DNA of 64,000 nucleotides from a virus. The DNA lies in the IMG/VR virus record IMGVR_UViG_3300012971_000021; one strand, 5' to 3'. This document shows, one piece after another, positions 17,844 through 27,425 of the stretch. Within the stretch, counting starts at the first letter, position 1. Each line of letters begins with the position of its first letter. The position numbers and the translations under genes are program-made. The notes below the pieces were generated by a model. That model searched no databases, was not told the DNA's origin, and saw nothing but the letters and a program-made list of their open reading frames with translations.

Positions 17844-18073
17844 TCGAGAACCTCCTGCGCCTCGTCGGTGGAGACGGGATCGTCCCATTCATCGAACATG
17901 TCCATGGCGAGTTCCCAAGCCGTCGGGAGGCTCTGGTTCTTGTGCCACCAGAGCAGGAGACCGTCGGCCCAGAGATGCTCTTCATGCTTCTCCTTCGGGA
18001 TCTTGGAGAGAGCGTAGCCTGCTTCGGCCATGTCCTTCTCGTCCTGATCCCAGGGGTTGTCACTTACGTCCAT
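17825..18073 (-). CDS. Small acidic hypothetical protein
   Basis: GAGAGGGTACC start motif. Confidence 0.75.
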   Translation of the reverse strand: MDVSDNPWDQDEKDMAEAGYALSKIPKEKHEEHLWADGLLLWWHKNQSLPTAWELAMDMFDEWDDPVSTDEAQEVLDCLMTS

Positions 18074-18152
18074 TTGGTACCCTCTCTGTAGTGAAGCTCG
18101 GATGAGCTTCAGACCTCCCAGCCCGATGGTCTGGGCTTGGGAGATCTGAAGA

Positions 18153-18398
18153 TCACCTTCCAGTCCGGCCGGGGTCTTCCAGCCGGATCTCAGCGGCGGC
18201 CAAAGTCTGCATACCGCCCGGGTCGGTGTACACCTGGATGAGAGTCCGCTTGCGGTCTACCCAGTGGTCACCTACCTTGATCTTGCCAGCCGGGAGGATC
18301 TTCACCTTCTCGCTGATGATGACCTTCGGCCCGACTACAAACGGCTTGATCCCTTCAAACGCGACGATATGCCAGATCCGGCGACCGAGACCGAGCAT
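18153..18398 (-). CDS. Hypothetical protein
   Basis: ORF in operon context. Confidence 0.6.
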   Translation of the reverse strand: MLGLGRRIWHIVAFEGIKPFVVGPKVIISEKVKILPAGKIKVGDHWVDRKRTLIQVYTDPGGMQTLAAAEIRLEDPGRTGR

Positions 18399-18448
18399 TT
18401 GCTCAACCTCAGTCTGGTCGCCGGATCTGATGGACTCGATGACCGCCG

Positions 18449-19006
18449 TTAGGAAGGGTTCCGGCGGTTGGCCGCCCGGCGCTCCGCGAGGGTGCGCGCC
18501 CTCTTGGGGCCGGACGCCGCAGCCGCAGCGGTGCCCTTCTTGGCGCCACGCGTCGTGCCCGTGGACTTGGTCGTCGTCTTGCTCGACTTGGTGGAGCCGT
18601 TGCCGTTGCCGCTACCACCGCGGACGGCCGCTGCCTTCTGCTCCTCCTCGTCGCCGTACAGGTCACGAGCGGCTTGGACGCTGATCCCGGCACGAGCCGC
18701 GATCAACTCCCAGCGGTTCCGGTCGTTCTCCTTGGCCGACTTCACGGCCTTGGCGGTCGCCGGGATCTCGTCCCACACGCCGACCTCGACCAGCGCCTTG
18801 CACCACTCCAGCATCGAGACGCTGGTGACGGGGAGGCCCAACTCGTTGGCCGCCGCCGTGTGGCTCTCGATGCCGCGCTTCGCCAGCTTCACCAACTCGG
18901 CGTAGCTGACCTGACCGCCCCGCTGCCGGGCGTTGCCGTCCCGAGCGGGGGTCGTGCTCTTGCGTCCGCGGCCTGTCGCCGCGGGCGTTGTCCTCTGACG
19001 AGGCAT
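18449..19006 (-). CDS. Putative DNA-binding regulator with basic tails and two HTH-like segments
   Basis: GRGRK tail; SHTAAANELGL and WELIAARAGISVQAARDLY; own promoter. Confidence 0.6.
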   Translation of the reverse strand: MPRQRTTPAATGRGRKSTTPARDGNARQRGGQVSYAELVKLAKRGIESHTAAANELGLPVTSVSMLEWCKALVEVGVWDEIPATAKAVKSAKENDRNRWELIAARAGISVQAARDLYGDEEEQKAAAVRGGSGNGNGSTKSSKTTTKSTGTTRGAKKGTAAAAASGPKRARTLAERRAANRRNPS

Positions 19007-19052
19007 GCTCCCTCCTATACGGATAGGTTGATGATCGGTACCTACGCAACTG

Positions 19053-19081
19053 AGTATATAGCATAGGCATGTAGCCGTCTA
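19053..19081 (-). promoter_or_regulatory. SigA-like promoter TAGACG-N17-TATACT
   Basis: Read directly on the minus strand upstream of 19006. Confidence 0.55.
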
Positions 19082-19156
19082 CCCTTGATTACCAGGATAA
19101 ACGGGAGGGTGTCTGACCCTCCGAGCCTGGCACCCATCGATGCCAGACTCGCGGGG

Positions 19157-19453
19157 TCACCGCACCTTCAAGCAGCCGAACCTCGGCTTGATCACCTTGT
19201 TCAAGTAGACGCCGCTCGACTCCGCATACGCGCAGGCGACCGCCATCTGCCGCGAGACACCGAAGTAGATGTACCTCGCCGCGTTCTTGAACGAGACGAC
19301 CATGATGTCGCTGCCCTTCTTCTGACCGGTCTTTGGCCATCCGATCCACTCGATGTTCGATGAGTCGATCCGCCGAATGTTCAGGTGGATCGGCCCTTCG
19401 GTCGTGATGATCGTGTGCTCGCCCTTCGGCTCCCAGCTGTTGTCGAGGGGCAT
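19157..19453 (-). CDS. KTSC-domain protein
   Basis: IDSSNIEWIGW...VSFKNAARYIYFGVS...AESSGVYLNKVIKPRF; start at ATG 19453 (TAATG overlap). Confidence 0.8.
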   Translation of the reverse strand: MPLDNSWEPKGEHTIITTEGPIHLNIRRIDSSNIEWIGWPKTGQKKGSDIMVVSFKNAARYIYFGVSRQMAVACAYAESSGVYLNKVIKPRFGCLKVR

Positions 19454-20043
19454 TAGCTCATCCCCAGAATCTCCCAGCAGTCCGGGCCGATGCCCCGAGC
19501 GCGGCTGGTGTCGTCGGTCAACTCTCGACCGCAACGACCGCAGTGCTCGAACTCGATCCCGAACAGCTGGAGGCTTTCGACCACGCCCATGTCCTTGATC
19601 ATCTCGCGGATCTTCGTCCGGGTAGCCTGCTCCTTGACCGGGAACCGCTTGCCGTGTCCGACGATCTGGTCGATGAACTGGTAGCCTTTCCAGTCGCCCT
19701 CTTTGGGCGTCCGGAGGCGGAAGAACGAGACCTGGTTCTTGTGGCCAGGCACGTTCCGCAGCCCATAGCGACCGTCGGGCAGATCGGACTTGTCCGATCT
19801 GTTCTTGGGCAGCCACGGGAGCTTCTTGAGCGTCTCGATCACGGTGCCCATCCGCTTCTTTGGAAGCTCGGACGGGTACGTGTCGAAGTCGGCCTCCATG
19901 ACCCAGTCGATCTGCTCCTGGGTCAAGCTGCTCAGATCCTTCCCATCGCGGAGTCCGCGCAGGTAGTTGAGCTGAGGCTCGCTCGCCGTCTCCTCTGCCG
20001 GCTGGATGAACTTCGCCGGCACAGGCGTTCTGCGTTTTGCCAT
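19453..20043 (-). CDS. DUF6011-like Zn-ribbon protein
   Basis: CGRCGRELTDDTSRARGIGPDC. Confidence 0.8.
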   Translation of the reverse strand: MAKRRTPVPAKFIQPAEETASEPQLNYLRGLRDGKDLSSLTQEQIDWVMEADFDTYPSELPKKRMGTVIETLKKLPWLPKNRSDKSDLPDGRYGLRNVPGHKNQVSFFRLRTPKEGDWKGYQFIDQIVGHGKRFPVKEQATRTKIREMIKDMGVVESLQLFGIEFEHCGRCGRELTDDTSRARGIGPDCWEILGMS

Positions 20044-20109
20044 TTCGGTACCCTCTCTTTCTGGAGCGGGAGTGCTCCGGGCAAGGCCATTGCTGACCCG
20101 CCCGCAGAA

Positions 20110-20595
20110 CTACTGCTCCCTGCGATCTTCCAGGTGCTGGTCGATCTTGTCGTGTAGCTTTTGTCCTTCTTCCTTGAGCAACTCAAGGTGTTCCATCAGC
20201 CACGCGGCCTCGGTCGGTTCGAGCGACTGGATGAACTCTGGCGTGATCGTCTCCCTCAAACCCTGGGAGAGTTCACGGAACTGGTTCATCCATTCCCGGA
20301 GAGTTGCTTCCTCCGAGGATGGCGTCCGAACCTCCGTGACCTCATACGAGCCGACGGCCATCGTCTCGCCCGGGTACGCCGGGTGATAGATGATCGCGTA
20401 CCACTCGCCAGGGCCATCGGCGTAGTCTGCTTCCCAGTCTCGCTGGGACATGCAGTGCTCGCCGTACGGATCCCACGACTCATCGAAGCTGTCGTGGACT
20501 TGGATGACGATGCCCGTTTCCCAGGAATCGAGGTCGCTGGCTTCTTCAGTCAGCGTCAGGACATCTCCTTCCTTGGGTCTCGGCAGCTTAGTCAC
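20110..20595 (-). CDS. Hypothetical protein (SH3-like N-terminus, coiled-coil C-terminus)
   Basis: Start moved to GTG 20595. Confidence 0.65.
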   Translation of the reverse strand: MTKLPRPKEGDVLTLTEEASDLDSWETGIVIQVHDSFDESWDPYGEHCMSQRDWEADYADGPGEWYAIIYHPAYPGETMAVGSYEVTEVRTPSSEEATLREWMNQFRELSQGLRETITPEFIQSLEPTEAAWLMEHLELLKEEGQKLHDKIDQHLEDRREQ

Positions 20596-20920
20596 GGCCG
20601 TACCCAACAGGAGGCTCCATGCCCTCTGCCTCGTCGATGAGGCGCTCGACATCGCCCCAGTTCTCCAGGGGATTGTCCATCACGGACTCGATGTCAAGCT
20701 CAACGATGGCCTCCAGCTTCTCGCGGGTCGCATCGCTGCCACCCGAGTCGGGGAGGTTGTCATGCCAGTCGCTGTACTCGGACTGGACATCGAGCAGACG
20801 ACCGAGCGCGTTGCTTAGCTCGCTCGCTTGCTCCTGGAGCTTGTCGAACTCGACACGTGCGTCGCCTACGGCGTCCGCCCAACGAGCCGACCTGCTCTTT
20901 TGTTTGGCCTTCTTGGCCAC
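20588..20920 (-). CDS. Acidic helical hypothetical protein
   Basis: GGAGGGTACC start motif. Confidence 0.8.
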   Translation of the reverse strand: MAKKAKQKSRSARWADAVGDARVEFDKLQEQASELSNALGRLLDVQSEYSDWHDNLPDSGGSDATREKLEAIVELDIESVMDNPLENWGDVERLIDEAEGMEPPVGYGRD

Positions 20921-20994
20921 AGGTACCCTCCTTCGGTTCGTGCCGGATGATTCCGAACACGAGGCCCGGGATCGTTACATCCCGGACTTCCTGC

Positions 20995-21225
20995 TCAGTA
21001 CCATTGATGCCTCGGAACGTTGTTCCAGATCATGACGTCTAGCTCGTTCTGGAGACGATCCTTGTTGACGGGAACGTCGCTGACCCGCAAGAAGAACAGT
21101 ACATCGCGGGTCAGCTGCGCTCTCGTCTTGCCCGGAACGTAGACCAGATCCGGGTTGCGACTCGTCACCTTGACTCTGACGTGTCCGTCGTCGGTCAGGG
21201 TGAGACTGTAGGTGATCCTGACCAT
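20995..21225 (-). CDS. Hypothetical protein
   Basis: ORF with AAGGAG RBS. Confidence 0.7.
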   Translation of the reverse strand: MVRITYSLTLTDDGHVRVKVTSRNPDLVYVPGKTRAQLTRDVLFFLRVSDVPVNKDRLQNELDVMIWNNVPRHQWY

Positions 21226-21233
21226 TTGTCTCC

Positions 21234-22202
21234 TTACTTGGAGATCGACTTCCTGCCCTTCAAGCCGGAGCCGGGGTTGCCGGTGATGTTCGCCCGCGCG
21301 CCCGCGCTCCTGCCAGCGGACTGAGCTGCATCGTCGTGCTTGCGGGAGACGGCCTTGCTACTGCCGCCCCGCATGCCGCCCGTGAGCGGGAACTCCTCCA
21401 GCATGAACTCCCGGTTGATCTTGTCCTGATCCCGGAGAGCGAGTTCCATGCCGGTAGTGCTGGAGCCAGGTGTCGCGCGACGCATCTCGGAGAACCGAAG
21501 CGAGATGGTCGAAGCGAAGCCCTGAGCGAAGTTCCGCCTGAACGTCTTCCAGTTGGCGTAGTTCTGCTCAACGCCGCGCTTCTTGCACTCGCTGCGGTAG
21601 TACCGGATGTACTTGTCACGGGCCGCGGTGCGGGCCATGTCGGCGTCGAATCCGGCCTGTTGCATAACCTTCCCAACGTCGTCCCAGCCCCAGCCCGCCT
21701 CGCGGAACTTCCGGAGGTTGTCGAACAGGGAGGCACTCTTGTCGGGGGTCGGATGCGTAGCCGAGATCAGCTGCGTCATCAGCGACGTGAAGAGCAGGGT
21801 CATGTAGCCAAGGTCGGCCTCCGTCCCGATGATCGGAACGGTGCCACCCTTGTACGTCTTGTCCGCATTGCTGTAGTGCTGCATGTGCGTGACGACGACG
21901 CAGTTGGTGTGCCGAGCCGTGGACAGGAACAGCGACCACAGCCCGTCGCAGATCTCCGGGAAAGGCCCGGACTCAAACGCGAAGTTGTAGTCGAAGTCCT
22001 GGATGACCGGCTTGCGCTGGTCGATGACCATGCCCGCAGCGTGCTGCTGGATCTCCCAGAGTTCGATGCGATACTTGTTCATCATGTTGTTCGCGGCCGT
22101 GAAGAATGAATCCCTCTCAGCCTCGAACTCCGATGACTCGGCCTTGGCCAACAAGCCCTGGATCTTCCGAAGAAGATCGTGCTTGTCAGTTGATGTTGGC
22201 AT
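21234..22202 (-). CDS. DUF2786-domain protein
   Basis: LLRKIQGLLAKAESSEFEAERDSFFTAANNMMNKYRI; start ATG 22202. Confidence 0.8.
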   Translation of the reverse strand: MPTSTDKHDLLRKIQGLLAKAESSEFEAERDSFFTAANNMMNKYRIELWEIQQHAAGMVIDQRKPVIQDFDYNFAFESGPFPEICDGLWSLFLSTARHTNCVVVTHMQHYSNADKTYKGGTVPIIGTEADLGYMTLLFTSLMTQLISATHPTPDKSASLFDNLRKFREAGWGWDDVGKVMQQAGFDADMARTAARDKYIRYYRSECKKRGVEQNYANWKTFRRNFAQGFASTISLRFSEMRRATPGSSTTGMELALRDQDKINREFMLEEFPLTGGMRGGSSKAVSRKHDDAAQSAGRSAGARANITGNPGSGLKGRKSISK

Positions 22203-22282
22203 TCGGTACCCTCCTTCGGGGTTTGTCGGTAGTACAGGTGGACATGACGTCCGGCCGAGGATCGGTGATCCCCAGCCGCGCG

Positions 22283-22531
22283 TCAGGCCTTGTCGCGCAG
22301 GATCCCGGCGTCCTTGAGCAGCTGCTCGTACGCCGCGAACACGGGCTTGCGCTGCCGGCGAACGTGGATCTCGTTGTTCGCCAGGATCTCCCAGGCCAGG
22401 GCCAGCGGCGACTGCCGCCACTTCGGCCCATTCGGGTGCTCGACCTCCAGCTTCAGCTTGTAGTAGATCTGAAGCAGAGCGAACGCCTGAATCTGGTCGG
22501 GAGTGTCGAGGATGAATCCTCCGTCACCCAT
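22283..22531 (-). CDS. Hypothetical protein
   Basis: Start moved to ATG 22531. Confidence 0.65.
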   Translation of the reverse strand: MGDGGFILDTPDQIQAFALLQIYYKLKLEVEHPNGPKWRQSPLALAWEILANNEIHVRRQRKPVFAAYEQLLKDAGILRDKA

Positions 22532-22781
22532 CTTCCTGTTCCTCCATGATGTCGATGAAGATGTCCTTGGCCTCGCGGCTTTCCTCTGTTTGGTATTCAT
22601 TCCAGAGTTCTTCCGCTTGGGCAAGCGGGACTGTTACGTCCCAACGCTCACGAGCGTCGTTGTTCGCGAGCCGTTCGTCGAAGCGCAGATGGATTATCTG
22701 CCCATCGGTCTGTGGCACGACGTACCATGTAATACGTCGCGTCCAGCCCGGTCGAGCGTTCTGCCATCGCTTGAGCCACAT
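22524..22781 (-). CDS. Hypothetical protein
   Basis: TGATG-coupled start at 22781. Confidence 0.65.
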   Translation of the reverse strand: MWLKRWQNARPGWTRRITWYVVPQTDGQIIHLRFDERLANNDARERWDVTVPLAQAEELWNEYQTEESREAKDIFIDIMEEQEDG

Positions 22782-23305
22782 CACTCGCCCCGGAACGTCT
22801 CGTCTCTGACGATGACGACCTGGTCGGTGCGCAGGATGTGCTCCTTTCCTGCCTCGTGGCCGTTGCGTGCGATGAACTTGATCCACTGCACGCCATGCTC
22901 GTCCCGGAAGACTTCCGCCGCTGCCGCGTACAACGCCGAGTCCATGGCGCTGAAGTACACGATGACAGGGTAGTCGAGGATGATGTTGGGGAGTTGCGCG
23001 ACGTCAAGTGCCAAAACCCGCCGCTTCTCGCCAACCGGGATGATCTCGTACTTCGGCTCGCTCGGCGGTGCGCCCCCGGGCTTCAACCCAGGCCACACCA
23101 GCCGACCGTCCGACTCGAACAACTCGATCACGCGCTCCAGAAGCATGCGAGCCTCGTCAGCGATGGTCGAGTAGGAGCAGTCACCGCTCATCCAGACGCT
23201 TACCAGCATCTGCGCGATGATCTCCGTGTGCGAGTACATCCCGTCACACAGTTCCAGGATGAGGAACTCGGCCCGCTCGCGGGCCTTGGGTTCCCTTTCG
23301 TCCAT
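22781..23305 (-). CDS. Hypothetical protein
   Basis: GGAGGGTACC start motif. Confidence 0.8.
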   Translation of the reverse strand: MDEREPKARERAEFLILELCDGMYSHTEIIAQMLVSVWMSGDCSYSTIADEARMLLERVIELFESDGRLVWPGLKPGGAPPSEPKYEIIPVGEKRRVLALDVAQLPNIILDYPVIVYFSAMDSALYAAAAEVFRDEHGVQWIKFIARNGHEAGKEHILRTDQVVIVRDETFRGE

Positions 23306-23406
23306 GTGGTACCCTCCTTCGGTTCAGAACCTACGGTACATAGGCTCCAAACCCTGGCCAAGCCCCCACCGCATAGGGGGCCGAGCCAGGATTTGCGGCC
23401 TACGTG

Positions 23407-23817
23407 CTAGTCGGCGCGCATTCTGACGTGAGTCCTGATCTCTGCCATCTTCCGGAGCAGTTGCTTCGCACTCGCGTGTGGCCGAGTCTGGAGCCAGTCG
23501 TACAGCTGGGAGGCGATGTCTTCCTCCATGGCAGCGATCCCGGCCTCGGCGTCTGCCGAACCCTCGTTGCTGCCGTGCTGGTAGCCGAGATCGCGGGCGG
23601 TCTGGATGACCTTGACGAAGTCGGTGTCGTCCCAGCAGTCGTCGATGAGGATGCTCTGCGTCGATCCGCTGGGCAACGTCGCTGTGATCCTCTTGACCTT
23701 CGCGTCCAGGAGCTTCTCGGCCAACTTGTCCCAGAACTCCTCTTCTGCGATGTCCTCGGGACGATTGCCCGGGATCATGTTCGTCGTGACGCCCGGCGGC
23801 ATGTTCCAGGAACTCAC
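23407..23817 (-). CDS. Hypothetical protein
   Basis: Coupled ORF. Confidence 0.7.
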   Translation of the reverse strand: MSSWNMPPGVTTNMIPGNRPEDIAEEEFWDKLAEKLLDAKVKRITATLPSGSTQSILIDDCWDDTDFVKVIQTARDLGYQHGSNEGSADAEAGIAAMEEDIASQLYDWLQTRPHASAKQLLRKMAEIRTHVRMRAD

Positions 23818-24188
23818 AGTTCCATCTCCTCGCCGCAGTAGACGCAGACGGGCTTGCCGTTGCGGATCGTGTGCGTGTGAACGTGGTGCTTGTCGGCTGC
23901 GAAGACGATGTCGTCGCTGGCCTCGAAGATTTCCTCATGATCGTCGCCGCTCCGGTAGTTGGCCTCGACCTTCTCGACGCTGCCATCTTCGAACACGACT
24001 TGGATCTCCAGGCCGTAACCGCCGTCGTCCGCGTCGGTCACCGGATTGTACTTCACATCCGGCTCACCGATGACGATGATGGTTCCGATCTGATTGAGGA
24101 TCTCGTCGGGGGTGTCGGGTGATCCGAAGACCACCTTGTCTCCGACCTTCAACTCGTTCTCACGCCAGTCCACGATTGTGACTGGCAT
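23814..24188 (-). CDS. Acidic SH3/KOW-like protein with C-terminal His/CxxC motif
   Basis: LKVGDKVVF; HHVHTH...CVYC; start ATG 24188. Confidence 0.7.
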   Translation of the reverse strand: MPVTIVDWRENELKVGDKVVFGSPDTPDEILNQIGTIIVIGEPDVKYNPVTDADDGGYGLEIQVVFEDGSVEKVEANYRSGDDHEEIFEASDDIVFAADKHHVHTHTIRNGKPVCVYCGEEMEL

Positions 24189-24263
24189 TCGGTACCCTCC
24201 TTCCGTTCCGTGTCCCTTATTGAACACGAGGCCCAGCGCGCGTTGACACGCTGGACTTCCTGC

Positions 24264-24485
24264 TCAGTCCGGGTTTTGGGCGAGCCAGATCTTCTCGTCT
24301 GTCTTGCCCGAGACCGTACCGCAGACCTGGAGAGCGTTGTACTCGCCATAGTCTTCGTACGCCATCTCCATGGCAGCCTCCTGCGTCGCCGCATCGAAGA
24401 CGTCATAGAAGTGGATGTAGCCGTTCTTGTCCGCGCCGTCGCAGGACGGCTCGTACAGCATGCCGTGGATCTTGAACTTAGGCAT
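24264..24485 (-). CDS. Hypothetical protein
   Basis: Coupled ORF. Confidence 0.65.
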   Translation of the reverse strand: MPKFKIHGMLYEPSCDGADKNGYIHFYDVFDAATQEAAMEMAYEDYGEYNALQVCGTVSGKTDEKIWLAQNPD

Positions 24486-24615
24486 CCTTGGCCTCCCGCT
24501 TGATCGCGTCCTTGCGGTCGCGACGATGCCGGGCAGACCGGGCTTTGTCCTCGGCCTTGGCCTGGGGCTTGCTCCGGCTGCCCGCGCCGATCTGAAGGTG
24601 CTTGCCCTTCTTCAT
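24478..24615 (-). CDS. 45-aa basic protein (MKKGKHLQIG...)
   Basis: Hand-translated; fills the gap with overlaps on both sides. Confidence 0.6.
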   Translation of the reverse strand: MKKGKHLQIGAGSRSKPQAKAEDKARSARHRRDRKDAIKREAKDA

Positions 24616-24836
24616 GGCTTCACCTGGTCGGCCGTGATCCACAGCTGGCCCTTGCCCGTGCCGAGCGTCGTTGACGCCCGGTACGACCGCCAGTGCATCT
24701 CACAGCCGTTCGCCCACGGCCCATGCGACGTCTTGAAGTCGTACGGGCCGGGTGTCCCATCCTGGCAGAAGTTGCACGCCGGGATGCTGGACACCAGGAT
24801 CACCTGATGCGGGATCAGCTTGTACTGCTTAGGCAT
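24612..24836 (-). CDS. Small Cys/His phage protein (CxxC...YDFKTSHGPWANGC...LGTGKGQ)
   Basis: GGAGGGTACC start at 24836; motif recalled from small actinophage proteins. Confidence 0.75.
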   Translation of the reverse strand: MPKQYKLIPHQVILVSSIPACNFCQDGTPGPYDFKTSHGPWANGCEMHWRSYRASTTLGTGKGQLWITADQVKP

Positions 24837-24911
24837 TCGGTACCCTCCTTGTCTGACGCCATCACCGATGACGTCCGGGTGGGGCAGCTTGGTGTCTGCC
24901 TCCACCGCACG

Positions 24912-25256
24912 TCACTGGGGATCGGGCTTGCCGAAGTTCGGCATGTCCATCCGCTCGTACAGTCGAGCAACCAGCTGGTCGCCGTCCATCTCGCGACCCT
25001 TGTCGTACAGGATCGTGTAGCTGATCAGCAAGCTGCTCTTGCCCGTGACGCGAATGTCCTCGGGCAGATGGAGCCGCTCGATGATCTCGATCCCCTTGAC
25101 CGTGCCTTTGCCGCCGCTGGCGTACTCAAGCACGGTTGCCGTCGTTCTCGGGTAGTTGGCCCGCTCGTGACCGGCATCGGACGGGATCGACATCCACTCG
25201 GGGCCGATCCATGCGCCGTGGCCGTTCATCCAGCGGTACTTGACAAGATCAAGCAC
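24912..25256 (-). CDS. Hypothetical protein
   Basis: ORF with AAGGAG RBS. Confidence 0.7.
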   Translation of the reverse strand: MLDLVKYRWMNGHGAWIGPEWMSIPSDAGHERANYPRTTATVLEYASGGKGTVKGIEIIERLHLPEDIRVTGKSSLLISYTILYDKGREMDGDQLVARLYERMDMPNFGKPDPQ

Positions 25257-25524
25257 TTGGTTCTCCTTCTAGCGTCAGGATGATCGACGCCTGTTGTCCT
25301 TCGCCGCCGTTGATGGGCGCGGCTGTGATCGTCGCCTTGGCGACCTCGACCGTTTTGGGATCCGGCTCGGGATCGCCCTCGCGACGCTCGGGCATGATGC
25401 AGTTCTCGACACGGATCACGAACGCCCACTCGCCGTTGTAGTTGAGCGTGACGTCCGTGATCGCGCCGTCCATCGGGTTCATCTCGATGTGGTAGACCTT
25501 GAGGTTCTCGTCGTTCGTGGCCAT
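25249..25524 (-). CDS. Acidic hypothetical protein
   Basis: Start ATG 25524 (TAATG overlap). Confidence 0.7.
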   Translation of the reverse strand: MATNDENLKVYHIEMNPMDGAITDVTLNYNGEWAFVIRVENCIMPERREGDPEPDPKTVEVAKATITAAPINGGEGQQASIILTLEGEPSA

Positions 25525-25787
25525 TACGCAACCCGAACGACGTGACTCTCGATGATCTTCCAGCCGAAGCTGTTCCAACGGCCCTCGGTCGGCATGCGCA
25601 GACCGGTCATCCTGACCTGCCGCTTGGAGTCGCTCTTGCCCCTCGGCCAGTAGGCGAGGTTGGGAGTGTCCTCCTCCTTGCGAGGCCAACAGCGGTCGAA
25701 GCGCAGCATGTCAAATGGAAAGTCGTGCTGGCCCTCGACCGTGAACTCGAACAAGGTGTTGATCTTGTTCTCCTTCATCGCTGGCAT
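25524..25787 (-). CDS. Hypothetical protein
   Basis: GGAGGGTACC start; FPFDMLRFDRCWP. Confidence 0.8.
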   Translation of the reverse strand: MPAMKENKINTLFEFTVEGQHDFPFDMLRFDRCWPRKEEDTPNLAYWPRGKSDSKRQVRMTGLRMPTEGRWNSFGWKIIESHVVRVA

Positions 25788-25871
25788 TGGTACCCTCCTT
25801 TCTTGGCAGTGCCCATTATGAGCACAGGCCCGGGGCAGGGAGCAATGTTCGCTCCCAGCCCCAGCCGCTGC

Positions 25872-26198
25872 TCATGCTAGGTTGTACCGCAAGCGGATGA
25901 ACTCGGCGATTGCCGTCCGCTGCAGCTTGTGACGAGAGATCGTGTTCTTGCGATCTCCCTTCTTGGGGCGCAGGTAGTACATGCCCTTCGCTCCATACTC
26001 GCCAGGCTCGTACTCGATGACGGCGACGATCTTGTCGTCCATCTCCATCGTGATCCCCCAGATCTCGGGGAGCAGGATCTCGTCATCGGCATCCTCGCGC
26101 TTGTGCTCGACCAGCCGCCCGTTCTTGGCCTTGACGAGCACGTAGCTCTTGCTGGTGATGCCAAGCTCTCCGAGCTTGTTTCTGACGTAGGCGCGCAT
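25872..26198 (-). CDS. Hypothetical protein
   Basis: Start moved to ATG 26198. Confidence 0.7.
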   Translation of the reverse strand: MRAYVRNKLGELGITSKSYVLVKAKNGRLVEHKREDADDEILLPEIWGITMEMDDKIVAVIEYEPGEYGAKGMYYLRPKKGDRKNTISRHKLQRTAIAEFIRLRYNLA

Positions 26199-26200
26199 AG

Positions 26201-26452
26201 CTATGCCGCCTCGACCTTGAGCCACTTGGGGATGTTCGTCCCGGTGGCCCACTCGGGGTTGAGCCTGACCTCGCCCCGCAGCTTGGTGTTGCTGCGGATG
26301 CGGATCAGGCGACCCGTCTTGAGGTTGGTCGCGTTCCATCCGCCGTACTGGCATTCGCCCTCGATGCGGATGACGTTCAGGCGACCCGTCGTGGATGACG
26401 TGTGCTTGATGACGTAGTAGCCGCCAATCTTCACGTCCTTCTTCTTGATCAT
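26201..26452 (-). CDS. Small SH3-like basic protein
   Basis: GGAGGGTACC start; DVKIGGYY...GGWNATNLKTGR. Confidence 0.75.
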   Translation of the reverse strand: MIKKKDVKIGGYYVIKHTSSTTGRLNVIRIEGECQYGGWNATNLKTGRLIRIRSNTKLRGEVRLNPEWATGTNIPKWLKVEAA

Positions 26453-26536
26453 TGGTACCCTCCTACGGGTTGTACGTGTCCAAGGATATGAACACGAGGC
26501 CGGACGCGATGCGGTTGACCGCGTCCGACTTCCTGC

Positions 26537-26992
26537 TCAGCCCTGGTAGAGCAAATCGCGGAGCGGGCCAGGCCCCATGATCCAGTTCGGGTGTTGCGAA
26601 CGGATGACGTCGCCCGGCTGGATCTCATCCGGGTTCTTGTTGATCACAGCCTCGTACGCGATCAACTCATCCGTGAACAGCTGTCCCATCGGTGAGAGGC
26701 AGATCGCGCCAGTGGACGTGATCGTCAAGATCACGCCCTCGCTCTCGCCTGGGAGCACATCGCCGGCATGGAGATCGTAGACCTCGTCACCGATGACCGG
26801 GCCATGGAAGTGCTCGCTAACCTCGGCCGGGACATCCGCGAACGGAGGCAGAACCTGCCAGCCGCCCTTGTGCTCTGGGCTAACAGGCTTCTCTCGCCAT
26901 TCGTAGAACTCCGGGCCTTCATCCGGATGCTGCGTCACGACGTAGTTGATCTCGTAGACGACGCCATAGTCGTCCGTCCATTCGGTCGTCAT
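26537..26992 (-). CDS. Acidic hypothetical protein
   Basis: Start moved to ATG 26992. Confidence 0.7.
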   Translation of the reverse strand: MTTEWTDDYGVVYEINYVVTQHPDEGPEFYEWREKPVSPEHKGGWQVLPPFADVPAEVSEHFHGPVIGDEVYDLHAGDVLPGESEGVILTITSTGAICLSPMGQLFTDELIAYEAVINKNPDEIQPGDVIRSQHPNWIMGPGPLRDLLYQG

Positions 26993-27348
26993 GGCGTCAC
27001 CGGGCACAGGTTGACGGTGTCCCACCAGATGTAGTGGGTCTTGTTCTGTGCGTCGATGTACGTGATCGAGTAGCGAGCCTTGGCCGACGTTGGGACGACC
27101 TCGTTGCTCCACCCCGCATATACGACATGCGGATGCTTCGCGCGCCAGGCTTCCATGAAGCGATGGCCGCTCGCGTACGTGATGTGGTCGCCAGGTTGCT
27201 TGCTCCATGCCGGACAAATGCCCGACATGTTCGAGCTTACTACCGCTGCCTTGGCGTCCGTTACGTTGGTGGCGTACTCGATGACGAGTAGCGTCAGGGC
27301 CAACGCAAACAGGATCACCCAAGCGGCGACAGTCTTGCGTCTAGACAT
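26989..27348 (-). CDS. Secreted or membrane-anchored protein
   Basis: Basic N-terminus, hydrophobic helix, AxA cleavage-like site; GGAGGGTACC start. Confidence 0.75.
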   Translation of the reverse strand: MSRRKTVAAWVILFALALTLLVIEYATNVTDAKAAVVSSNMSGICPAWSKQPGDHITYASGHRFMEAWRAKHPHVVYAGWSNEVVPTSAKARYSITYIDAQNKTHYIWWDTVNLCPVTP

Positions 27349-27425
27349 TGGTACCCTCCTTTTGACCGTGCCGGATGGCACGCGCTCAGGGTTGGGTAAT
27401 GCGGTCTACCCAACCCTAGCGCCTA

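Noticed and set aside
20939-26540. UGA followed by a hairpin as SECIS or readthrough signal
   Set aside because: The reading frame past UGA is not kept between copies, other modules follow UAG, and no selenoprotein-like context is present.
20939-26540. CTGAGCAGGAAGT repeat as hammerhead ribozyme or SRP helix
   Set aside because: It lacks the CUGANGA/GAAA core order and cleavage triplet, and the SRP CAGG/AGCA loop geometry is absent.
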